Made by a program: the position numbers and the translations under genes. DNA of 64,000 nt from Perkinsus olseni (Eukaryota): NCBI GenBank assembly GCA_013115125.1, contig JABANN010000101.1, positions 1 through 64,000 of the forward strand, in the 5' to 3' direction. Of the stretch, positions 27,101 to 37,724 are shown piece by piece (position 1 is the first letter of the stretch; every line of letters starts with the position of its first letter). The notes under the pieces were generated by a model. That model made no database searches. It was not told the DNA's origin and worked only from the letters and a program-made list of their open reading frames with translations.

Positions 27101-29451
27101 AGTTTCACTATTTCAACCTCCGGCGTTCGGTCAACAAAGCGAAGACCAAAGTCAGCAGCAGCTCCCACCAGGGCACTCTCATCAGGAGATGTACCCTGAT
27201 AATTTTCCGGCTCTTCCTGCTGCTCCATTCCACCGCCGAGCGTGTCCCGACCCAACCGACCAGAATCGTCATCATCACCCACGCGCTGTCGCCTCTTTTT
27301 CCTGTTGAAAAGTTGTATGCAGCCGCTGAGTATCTTGGCCGGTTCTTCCGCCATATGCTGGGGATTTATTCGACCACCAGCAACATGCTCGCAAGAGTGA
27401 TTCAAGGCCAAACACATGAGAAATTGTCCGATCTGGGAGTCCACTCCCTCCTCTTGCAAGGCTTGTTGCATGAGACCGATGAGACGCTGGTCAGTGGGGA
27501 GAACGCCAGAGAATACGGCGTTGCACTTCTTCCCCTCAGGGACAGCGTCAGGCGCCGGCGGGTTGAAATCGAGAGAGTACGTTTTGCCTCCGACCGCTGC
27601 GCCCTTAAATTCCATCTTGTTGCAGGTGAGCGTGCCGGTCTTATCGGAGAACACGTGCGTTACCATACCCAACTCTTCATGCATGTTTTTAGCATTACAT
27701 CGAGCGTGGAGATCTCTGAGAACAAATGCCGCTGCCGGGAATCGAACCAGGGGCCTCTACCACTCACCGTTCTTGGTCGTAGAACTGATTGTCCCACTCG
27801 ATGAGGAAGGATTGAGCTAGTTTCAGGATCTCCAGCGTAACCCACAATGACATCGGTATCAAAGTATTCAACAAAATGAAGAACGCAAGAAAGTTGATGA
27901 TAGGGTTCTGATAACTCATACCCACCAAGTACCTGAGTCAACCTCAAGATACTCTCCACACAACCTGGTACGATCTACTACCAGGGGAAGTCTTCATCTT
28001 CCGGTGAAGGCTCCGTGCTGAAGACGATGGTGACGATGGCACAGAGAATGACCAAGAGGATGACCAGCCATGTAACATAGGCGTTCTGCTGATTCTCCAC
28101 CGTTGAGTGCTTGGACGGATGCAGGCCAGCGGCTGATGACAAGATGAGAATACCAACCCCGAGATCAAATCATCAACTACCTCTGCTATTCATCTCAGCC
28201 TTGCTGTCATATCCAGCATAAGTCACTACACCAACCGCCCAAGGGGTATTACGCAGTTTACAACCACGAAGGAGCCTGGCACGACAACACTACGTGCTGG
28301 CCATACCGTAACATACACGACTCATACATGTTGTTGATTGACAAGCCTTCGGCAAATCCCTCATCTTCTGTATTACTGAGTGGTGCAACAGTACCCTTGA
28401 ACCTGGCACATATAACAGATTAAATCACAAGCCTTCTCACCCATGACAACGAGGCCTTACTTGTACATATCTGGATGAGGTGCCTCGAAGTCCATCGTCA
28501 TCGAGGACACCAGCCGCCCCAAGGTGTCCTCGGCGTTGTAACCAGTAGCGAACCGCTTGATGGCCTGCCGAGAGAAGCATAACTGCAAAGAGGACAGGGA
28601 GGGAATTATTCTTCAGTACCATTCTCTCCCCTGCTCCATCCTGCTGAGTCCCAGCGGTGTTCGAGTCGGGTTCGGTTGTAACTGCACAACAACCTAGCAG
28701 GCTTAGAGCTTGTAAAGTACAGGTCGCCCGTTCCTACCTGAGGTCTTCGACCGCTTTCTGGTGAACTCCGAGCCTGCTATGACCATCTTCCCAACCAACT
28801 TAGGAGCCTCTCTCGTCTTTAAGTTAGTCTCCCCATCCAGGTTACTCGTCTCCATATACGCCACCGATCCAGTCTTGGCGTTCTCAGCGTGTGAAGAAAG
28901 CAATAATACCAAATCCGCAGGGATTGGCTCTTGGTCCATGACCAGCACAACATCCCCAACTCGGAGGTCCGACCAAGGGACGGCTACGACCGTACCATCC
29001 TCGGCGATCTTGTGGGTCTTAGTCGAGTTGGTCTCCTTATCTCGATTATAGGATTGGTATTCCTCAACGAATTCTCGTATTTCCGAGACGACCAATACGA
29101 ATGCCAGAGGGAATAGGGCGGACACTGGGCTTAGAGAGGACACGTTGGGGATGAGCATCACCACAGCGCTCAAGAGGAAGAACAGGTTAGAGAATTTACG
29201 GAATTGAAATAGTAAAGACAGCGGGAGAAAGGATATCCAATTATACCGACGAGACGATACCCGATTGTCATGGTACTCTTGGTTGGGTATACCTGAGGCC
29301 AACAGAGTAGGGCCAAGAATAGACATGTGCCCGCTTCTTTTCTATTACCAACTTCAGCATGTCGGTAAGGTGCTAGTGCCGAATCAGCCCGCTCCCGTCG
29401 TCTGACCTTCCTCCAGGTTCGCTGTATATACTCAGCGACGTAATCAGACAT
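24167..29451 (-). CDS. P4-type ATPase (phospholipid flippase), copy 2, multi-exon
   Basis: Same motif set as copy 1: [49 protein letters not shown]. Tandem, same strand. Confidence 0.95.
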
Positions 29452-29883
29452 GCAAATGAAGCGCTAAGTACAAGTCTCTCGGCATTCCGACACCTCGCCT
29501 AGCCTCGTATGTTGGGGGGCGACGCAGAGACGGCTGATCATACGGCACGATATGTGAGCGCAGTTTGGAAAACGTCGCAAATCCGAAGTCAATAGGAGCC
29601 CTAATCGCTCTTCCTAGTGGCTCAACACACTCGCAGCCATTCAGCAACTCTCTTAGTTCCACAATTCCGGTTGGTGCGCACGACGCACTCAAATCGATCA
29701 TAATGGCGTGCGCGATGTCAAAATCCGCGTTGCGAGGTGCTTGAGGTCCCAGGATTACTCCGAACTATACCCATCTTGATGAGTGCGAAGTCTGCATGGT
29801 TGCTCAAGTGAATTCTTGGATGCTGGTTCGAGAGCTCGGCAAAAGGATGGTGTATGGGCTAAGTTCTTTCACAGTACCCCAAG

Positions 29884-31082
29884 ATGTCCGCCACCGCTGG
29901 ATTAGGAGCTCTCTTCGCCAAAAAGAAGAAGAAGGTAAAGTCGTTGAACATGACGGCTAAGATGAAGGAGGAGGCGAAGGTTGAGGAGGCACACGAAGAG
30001 ACCACCGAAGAGCACGGTCTTGAGGTAAAATGAAGACAAGCATGAACGCCATTCTGTATATATTATTGTAGGACAATTTTACGGCCATAGTAAGTGGTGC
30101 TGAGCCCTTGGTCAAGACTGAGACCAAGATTGTTGAGACTGATCTCGCAACGAAAGAGGAGGGGGAGAAGGAAGAGGCAAAGCCAGTCGAACAGGCTGAG
30201 CCTGCCGAGTCCACTGAGAGTAATGTACTGGGCAGCTTCCTTGCTGTGTGTTAATGCTCTTTCCGGTACAGCTAAGAAGGGTTGGGGTAAGACGGCCGCT
30301 GATGTAGCTGCTGAGGTTGAAGAACAGGAGAAGGAGCATGTGAAAGAGGAGGCGGAAAGGTACTATCCTCAGCACCGACTGTCAATGATTAATCTGTTGT
30401 AGAGCTGCTGCTAAGAAGGCCGAGGAAGAGGCTAAACCCAAGGTCTACGTACCTGCTCACTTGCGGAAAATGGTAGTGATTAGGATGATGATTTGGTCGG
30501 GTTATGGTAGTCTTATCAGCGCGAACAGAAGAAGGCTGAGGAGGAGAAGGAGCGTATTAGAGATGAGGGTTTGACCCCGGCCCAGATGATGGAGTTGGAG
30601 CGGAAGAAGAAGGCTCAGCAGGAGGCCGGGGAGAAGGCTAAGAAACAGGTAGTAGAGCGGGCAGGCGTTGAGGTTGTGTTCGACCTGGGGCCTGTTAGGC
30701 TGCCGCTGCTGCTGCAAGTGCTGCTGATGAAGAGAAGAAGAGGCAGGAGCGCGAGGAGGCCCAGCGTCGTAAGGCAGAGTTGAAGGCGCAGGTCAAGAAG
30801 ACCATGGCAGCTGGTACTACCCCGTCTTCCCTTCTGTTCTCTCTATTACCTTGACGGTCTTTCAGAAGAGTCCTCTAAGCAGACTACACCTCAGCCTACT
30901 GCTAGTAAGGCCGATGGTAGTGCCTCTTACGACCAGCTTATTGCCAAGTAATGCCTTGGCTCGTCCCGACTAGTGCAAGCCGCACCTCCACTGTCAGGTA
31001 CAAGTGCAGAGAGCGTAGACCAGTGAGGCCCCATGGTGAGTTGGACCCTTGCTTCCTCCCTCCTCTCCAGGGTGCCGCGTAA
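29884..31082 (+). CDS. Multi-exon charged (E/K/A-rich) low-complexity protein, weakly CDV3-like
   Basis: MSATAGLGALFAKKKKKVKSL..., KKGWGKT, KPKVYVPAHLRKM and E/K-rich helical exons joined by short GT-AG introns. The family resemblance is weak. Confidence 0.6.
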
Positions 31083-31267
31083 CCAACTCTATCACAGTTC
31101 CTAAACAGTTCATTGTATACACCCTGCTACTGTTGCCTTTCTTCCCAACGTATCTGCGACTTGCGTGCGTCGAGCCTCAGTGAAGATGTCAATCATACCA
31201 CATTTTCCGCTCTTCATCCTGCCTGTCCTAGTTCATCTTCCTCATGGCGATAGCGTGACTATCTACC

Positions 31268-34200
31268 ATGTTACGCCCCTTACTAAAGCTCTTCTTACTT
31301 TTCTGTAGAGCAGGGGCTGTGGGCCCGGAGATTTTCCGAACCTGGATTGAGGCCGATGCTGGTGAGGCATCCGGCTGTATTGTACAGTTCTCTCCCTTCA
31401 CCCTTCATGTGGCGGGTCGGTACCTAGACTCCATCAGCGCAGTTGTCCTGATTCGGTCCGGGGATACTTGCCATGACGCGTCCGCTGACGGCACTACTAG
31501 GTTCCTCTCTCGGCCGGGCAAATGCTCCCCTGAGGTCCCTGGTGGATACCACAACTCTACTGGTGTCTTTAAGATCCTCTGCAGCGTCAGTGCACACAAT
31601 CCAGGCACTGGTAAGGCGTGCTTCTCAAACGACTCTGGACAGACTTTTACTCTAGCTCCTAGCGGTAGCCTAGCTGTCACCATCATACAGTATGACACCT
31701 TCGCAGTCGCCGATGGCCTCGTTCCACCGGCCAAGAGGTTCATTGGGAGGGCCCATGTAAATGCTCTCGCCGCTCGACCTGACGGTATCGTCATTGGAGG
31801 CCACAGCGACGGGTACGTCAGGTTTTGGGATGGTGCCAGTGGCACTGAGGAGTGGAGTAGTAGAGCCACCCTCGATGGAGCTCCGATCACAGGGATCGCT
31901 TCCCGTGGGGACCTCATGGCAGTCTCGAGCGCCCACGGGCGTGCCAGCGTGTGGAACATCACTAATGCTACAGCGTCGGAGTATTCAGTTCTCCGAGTCG
32001 ATAACGAGCCCAGTTCTTTCAACACCATTGCCTTCTCATCGAACACTACTGATATCATAGCGGTTGGCAATGATCTCGGTAGAGTATTTATTTTCCGGCT
32101 AAGCCCGGTGCTGTCGCCTGTTGTCGCCGTGGCTCAAATTGGTGAGCCAGTTTCCGTTCTGAGATGGTGCGGTGGTGGCGTCTCTATGGTGGTCGGCACC
32201 CTGGCTGGCAGCGTGTCTTGGTGGTCTCTCTCGGACCTTAGTGAGCCCTCAGCCGCCATTGACGACTTGTGTGGCTACGGCGGTGTGGCCGATCTACAGT
32301 GTGCGTCCTTGGGCTCTGGAGACAGCTACGTCTTCGCAGCCTGCACCAGTGGTACAGTAGCAGTCTTGCGCTTGGATCAATCTCTCAGCCCTGTTATCTC
32401 TAACGTCTGGTCCCTCCCCAACGGCCGAGGGGGTCATGAACCACTTCCCGTTGCCCTGGCCATATCCCCTGGCGGCTCTGAATGGCTGGCTGTGCGTACG
32501 ATGGATTCTATCTTCATCTACGACACTAATGAGACCCTCTCGTCGCACCTCCATCCGGCCTTCTGGGACGTCCTTGACGGGACACGGCTGCTCAGCGAAG
32601 GTTCCTTCTCTTGGTTCGTAGTGGAGACAGGCCCCACTGGGAACGCTCCCTTCGTTGAGGTTGACTCTGCCGCTGGCAGTGCGACATTCTACCCCTGCTG
32701 GCCTCTCCCTGACGCTAACCGTCGTAGACTAGAGAACATAAGTGACCTCACTTGCGTGTCCCCATCTGCCGCACCAACGGTGGCGCTAGACGTAACACTG
32801 CCTTGGGAGTTCGTAGGTGTTCGAGGTTCCTACACGGTATCGAGTGTCGGTGCCATCCCGGCCGATGACTGCACGAGCGGACAGTTGCCGATCACCGACT
32901 GGGCCGCCTCTCCCGGTGGCGAGTGGTCCTTGGTAAGAGCCTTTGCCAACGCGGTTGGGTCAGACTGTATTCCGCTCGAAGGTGGGAGTAGTATAGCTGC
33001 CAATAGTATGACGACTTTAGGGCAGTGCTTGAACCTCTGTGCCTCCTTAGGCTTGTCAGGCCACCAAACCTGCAATGTTGTCAATGCCCTTCCAAGGCCT
33101 GGCGCGACTGGACTGGACCGGCTTGTCACCGTCTGTGACCTACGCCACTGCGATGACGTTACAGCACTGCAGCTACAGGCAACTACTGGCGGCAGTGAAG
33201 ACGGGCTCGACGGGCAGGCCTTCGAGGTCTGGGCACTTCACACTGGAACCGCCTATGGTGGCGGATACACCGCGTTTGGCACGCCTGCCCAGGTGCTCTA
33301 CGGTGGATGCAGCGTGCCGGGCGGTAAGATCCCTCACGGCCATGACGGCGGCGCGACAGTCGTCATCCCTGAGACCTCCTTGCGATCACGTCCGAGCAAT
33401 ACGCTGAGGTTCCAGGTGGCTCAGTCGAACGCGGAAGAGCGAGTTATGATCAGCTCCATCCGACTGGAGCTTCTGCGCCAACGCCCTCAGCCAGTGCGGG
33501 TCATCCGAGAGCCTCTCCTGTCGTCCAGCGGGGACAGTGAAGTAGACGCCAACTCGCGGACCGGCCGAGAGGTAAGTGGGGCTTCATCTCGAGGAGCTGT
33601 TGCATGGGGACAAGGTCAGCCTGAAGGCGCCATCAGTCCGTGGCTATTCACCACCAGCTGGGACCTCTCCGTTGCGGCCTTCGATCTCCGTGGCCTGTAC
33701 CTGCAGGAAGTACCATTCGATGGTGAGCCAAGGCACATGTGGTGGAAATCGGGGCCAGGAATGGGCGGGGAATATCGCCGGAATATGGCACCTCAACGAC
33801 CCTCCTCGGTCTACGTGGTGGGAGTAGGCCTCGGCCAGACGTCCACTATAAGGATCAGTCAGGTGCCCTATTGCGGCGCGCCGGGCTCTAGATACCATCA
33901 CAATGCCGTCTATGTCCCCGACGCCGTTCCCGTTGTATCGGCTCCGAATTCTACTATTCAAGGTGCATCCAACCTCACAGTTCTGGAATGGCGTGACGTA
34001 AGCATATCGATGCTGGGGGAGTACAAGGTCTGCTGGTGCGCATCCTCGTGCTGTGCCCTCCAAGACGCTCTGTGGTCGGGCGGCCTAGCCGGCCTGCTGG
34101 TAGTTTCTGGTCCCGATCATGATAGAAACTACCATGTATGTCGCTGGGGCTACACTTGTGTCATCTCCAACTACGTGGGCCACGGTCTCAGCCAAGGCGA

Positions 34201-35053
34201 TCGCATCCGGCTCTCAGCTTTCGCTGGTGCCGTAGAGTGCACCCCCTCGTTATCAAGCATCGGCTTCTGGCCTCCTGCCGATCCTGCCATCATGGCAACT
34301 CGCACTCCAGGCGGTTCGGAATATCGAACTGAGTTCTTTCACGGTGACGGCGTGTGGAGGGACTTCCCTGTTCTGGACACTTCTCGAACTGGAATCACCA
34401 TCATGCTCTGCTGGTGCCGAGCTGGTGATGGCTGTAGCGGCAGTCCTAACGACTACAAAACCCCGGGGGGTATCCTCACGCTCACACGTTTCGCCTCCGA
34501 CCCTGCGAGACCTCTCCGATGTGAGCAGCATTCGAAGTGTGTCGTGTATATGGCAGCTGACAGCAGGCCACTAGATCCCGGAGACAAACTCATGATAAAG
34601 CACCTCCCGACGGACCCCGTCCCCAGCGGTGTCGACCCCTGCACAGTCAGCCCGGGGGTGCTCGAAGGTATTGGCTCATCCGGGCGGAGCGACGGTTGCA
34701 GAGCTCCTGATCATTCGCCGCAGTGCTTAGCATTTGACTTCGGCATTGTAGACGCTGGCAATGGAGTACCTGCTGGCAATTATCTGGTCTGCTGGTGCCA
34801 AGGCAGCCTACGTCCTTGCATAGACGATTTCGAGTTCTCGACATCAGTGAGCGAGACCGAGACTCTGGCCATATCGCCAGCGCAGTATGTCTTCCCTGAA
34901 CAATGCGCCGTAGTGTTTCTTGAGTGGCGAGCACCATGGATAGGTTACCACGACTGCTGCTGCAACTTCAAGGAGGTGGGCTCGAGTCCAGGCTGCGAAG
35001 ACCCGGACAGTGAGGCCTCCAGAATTTGCAATGACGATACTCATTATCAGTAA
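31268..35053 (+). CDS. Large intronless putative secreted protein: WD40-like beta-propeller plus Cys-rich repeats
   Basis: 1261-aa ORF with a signal-peptide-like start. WD40-like units (GGHSDGYVRFWD, SSAHGRASVWN, GNDLGRVFIFR, GTLAGSVSWWS). Repeated Y-x-(V/L)-C-W-C type modules (GEYKVCWC, IMLCWC, GNYLVCWC) in the C-terminal third. Confidence 0.8.
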   Translation: MLRPLLKLFLLFCRAGAVGPEIFRTWIEADAGEASGCIVQFSPFTLHVAGRYLDSISAVVLIRSGDTCHDASADGTTRFLSRPGKCSPEVPGGYHNSTGVFKILCSVSAHNPGTGKACFSNDSGQTFTLAPSGSLAVTIIQYDTFAVADGLVPPAKRFIGRAHVNALAARPDGIVIGGHSDGYVRFWDGASGTEEWSSRATLDGAPITGIASRGDLMAVSSAHGRASVWNITNATASEYSVLRVDNEPSSFNTIAFSSNTTDIIAVGNDLGRVFIFRLSPVLSPVVAVAQIGEPVSVLRWCGGGVSMVVGTLAGSVSWWSLSDLSEPSAAIDDLCGYGGVADLQCASLGSGDSYVFAACTSGTVAVLRLDQSLSPVISNVWSLPNGRGGHEPLPVALAISPGGSEWLAVRTMDSIFIYDTNETLSSHLHPAFWDVLDGTRLLSEGSFSWFVVETGPTGNAPFVEVDSAAGSATFYPCWPLPDANRRRLENISDLTCVSPSAAPTVALDVTLPWEFVGVRGSYTVSSVGAIPADDCTSGQLPITDWAASPGGEWSLVRAFANAVGSDCIPLEGGSSIAANSMTTLGQCLNLCASLGLSGHQTCNVVNALPRPGATGLDRLVTVCDLRHCDDVTALQLQATTGGSEDGLDGQAFEVWALHTGTAYGGGYTAFGTPAQVLYGGCSVPGGKIPHGHDGGATVVIPETSLRSRPSNTLRFQVAQSNAEERVMISSIRLELLRQRPQPVRVIREPLLSSSGDSEVDANSRTGREVSGASSRGAVAWGQGQPEGAISPWLFTTSWDLSVAAFDLRGLYLQEVPFDGEPRHMWWKSGPGMGGEYRRNMAPQRPSSVYVVGVGLGQTSTIRISQVPYCGAPGSRYHHNAVYVPDAVPVVSAPNSTIQGASNLTVLEWRDVSISMLGEYKVCWCASSCCALQDALWSGGLAGLLVVSGPDHDRNYHVCRWGYTCVISNYVGHGLSQGDRIRLSAFAGAVECTPSLSSIGFWPPADPAIMATRTPGGSEYRTEFFHGDGVWRDFPVLDTSRTGITIMLCWCRAGDGCSGSPNDYKTPGGILTLTRFASDPARPLRCEQHSKCVVYMAADSRPLDPGDKLMIKHLPTDPVPSGVDPCTVSPGVLEGIGSSGRSDGCRAPDHSPQCLAFDFGIVDAGNGVPAGNYLVCWCQGSLRPCIDDFEFSTSVSETETLAISPAQYVFPEQCAVVFLEWRAPWIGYHDCCCNFKEVGSSPGCEDPDSEASRICNDDTHYQ

Positions 35054-35207
35054 CCGTTGTACGCATGTAACATGTACTGCTTGTCACAGTTTTCGAAGAA
35101 GGGACAAGTATTGTGTTACTCAAGCGAGACTCAAGCTGGATTTGCCAGGGGGAGTCCGTGGTAGTGGGCCATCGGTGCTGTTTATAGAGTATTTTTTCAC
35201 TCCCGGA

Positions 35208-37548
35208 ATGTTATCATTCACTAAAGCTGCCACAAGTTTCATGCCAAGGGTGAGCACCCTTGGAGCTTTCCATCGAGGCTTCGCTTCCTACTCGGGATAC
35301 AAGAACATCTTGGTCGACGTTGATGCTGACAAAGGGACCGCTTTAGTGACGTACTACCTCATGGCAGTGGCATCTCCCCCTGTCAACCAACCTTTTCAAT
35401 CAGGTTGAATCGTCCCAAGTCTCTCAACGCCTTATGCGATGAGCTGATGAAAGAGCTGAGCTCTGCAACCAAGGCTCTCGACAAGGATGATGCCGTCCGT
35501 GCCATCGTCATCACTGGCGCCGGCGAGAAGGCCTTCGCCGCTGGTGCCGACATCAAGGAGATGAATAGTCGACAGACTATGGCTGAGGTTTGCAAGGAGA
35601 ATATGCTCGCCTTCTGGCAAGACCTGTCTGACGCCAAGAAGCCCGTCATCGCCGCCGTGAACGGCTATGCATTGGGTGGTGGCTGTGAGCTGGCTATGAT
35701 GTGTGACATTGCGCTCGCCAGCGAGAAGGCGGTGTTCGGGCAGCCGGAGGTAGGTGTTCTGCGCGTCAATCTGCGAATTAATTCCTACGCTTGTAGGTCC
35801 TACTGGGTACCATACCGGGCGCGGGCGGTAGTCAGCGTTTAACCCGCGTGGTAGGGAAGAGCTTAGCCATGGAGCTCTGCTTGACGGGCAGGCACATGCC
35901 GGCGGAAGAGGCTCTCAGGAGAGGCCTTGTTTCTCACGTATGTGGCGAACCCTTTCACTCTTTGCAGCATCGTTCACCGAGGTGCTCCCACAATATTTGC
36001 GCTTCAGGTCTTCACACCGCAGGAGCTCGTTCCCAAATCTCTCGAGATGGCGCAGAAGATAGCCTCGCTCTCAGCTCCCGCTGTTGCGATGGCGAAGGAG
36101 GCGGTTAACCGCTCGTATGAGACAACGCTCAGCGAAGGACTAAGGTTAGTCGGATTCGTGCGTTCTACTAGGGAACTGGGGCTCAGGGGAGGCTTTGGTG
36201 TATTCTAGTCCGTTGATGGTGGACAGTGTTGGGCAACGCAGAGATTTCCGGCTCCACATGGCCCAAAGTCATGAATCTAATGCACTGCATTAAATGCAGT
36301 GGAGTGAGCCGTGGGCATGCGCTGGCTTCGATCTCAACATAGGAGTTCAGGAGCATTTGTCAGCCACCACCATCGGGTGAGCGCCGCTCATGCGAGACTG
36401 GCTTTCCGGACAGAGCCTCTGTGCTCATGACTACGACGCTGCTACTTCCCGTAACGCTTGGCCCCCTTACGAGAAGGTGGATGATAGAGCGGTATAGCTT
36501 GCTTGAATAAGTTGCTGCAAGGGCCTTGACACTGCCATTGACAAGGCCATTGACAAGGAATCAGCGGAGGGCGCCTCGTCAGAAGGCCGCCTTGTACCAA
36601 GGTGCGCTCTCCGGTGATTTCGATTGGTTCGAGCATTGGGAATCGCCATCATGGTGCCATCAAATTTGCGTCCTTAGCTCTGCGAGTGTATTGGAAACTG
36701 TGGCCTTGACCGTGCTTGGATCACCAGTGTGTGCTGAAGTCAAACTTGAGGGAAAGGTGCCATGTCGGGATGCACGAGATGGGCATCGGAACAACCCGGG
36801 AAGGCCTAGAGTTATTGGACAAGTTTTATATTCATGATTGGTTTGAGCGGCATAGCACCAACAACGCGGCTGAGGCGTTTCACACGGCGTTCGGACGTCT
36901 CTTCCTTGGTCGGAGGCACTCCAACATCAACTTCTTCGTTTCCAAACTCAGTGTGTAGAAGACACCGTTCTCGTGAAGCTGTGAACTGCCGAGTACACAC
37001 TTGACGTGTAGAAATTCTCATGACATACATGATGTAACTTAAATCTTTTATCAAAGTTTCGCGGTGAAGCCCGGATCATTGGGGCCAGCCATTGCATGGT
37101 TCGCCCAGACTGCTTCCGCCGGAAGTTCTAGAACTGATGCAAGATTGACTCCGTGGATCACTATTTTCACTATTTTTTATTTTCCCCTATTTTTTGCTGT
37201 ATTCTTCGAGTTCGGGGGAGGGAACCTGGGATGCTAGACCCCGGCCCGGATTCTCTCGGAGCTTACTAGGCTGGGAGCATTCGAATCGATTCTCGATACG
37301 GATAGGTTTCCGCTGAATGCTCTACACGTCGGAAAAACTACTGGCTCTTGGACGGCCAGTAAGATCTAAGTCAGATCCCACTGGCCTTCCACTGAGATCA
37401 TCAGTACATCGTCTGACTAATAGCAATCATCATCCCGTTATTCAGGTTCGAACGAAATACCTTCCATTCCACCTGGGCTCTTGAGGACCGCAAGGAGGGC
37501 ATGACCGCATTTGCTGAGAAGCGCAAAGCGCAATGGAAGAACCAGTGA
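35208..37548 (+). CDS. ECHS1: Mitochondrial short-chain enoyl-CoA hydratase (crotonase), 5 exons
   Basis: Exons 35208-35350, 35404-35749, 35797-35937, 36008-36144 and 37446-37548. Motifs [56 protein letters not shown] and [15 protein letters not shown]. Presequence-like N-terminus. Confidence 0.93.
36716..36958 (+). mobile_element. Degenerate Mutator/MULE-like transposase fragment inside the 1.3 kb last intron (36145-37445) of enoyl-CoA hydratase
   Basis: [33 protein letters not shown] resembles the MULE C-terminal (R)TNNxxExxH...HPNIxxFIxxL segment that carries the catalytic Glu. Flanking frames are broken by stops. No terminal inverted repeat or target-site duplication was identified. Confidence 0.6.
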
Positions 37549-37724
37549 TCGTCGGTACTGTGTTTTTAGATATGTGCTTGTTGACTCGTTTCCCAATCTT
37601 GATGATGACTTGAATTTCTACCGTGCATTGGTCGCTTATGAGAATTCTTCTGTCCCAATGATGCTCGCCCACTCTAGAGAAGCTTGATCTCTGACGATCT
37701 AGGTTCTCTTTTGTTGTCATTTAT

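Noticed and set aside
29791-29808. Possible spliced-leader relic (gcatggttgctcaag) upstream of the 29884 gene
   Set aside because: Only the terminal GCTCAAG matches the perkinsid/dinoflagellate leader, which is too short to exceed chance. No convincing leader relic was seen ahead of the intronless genes either.
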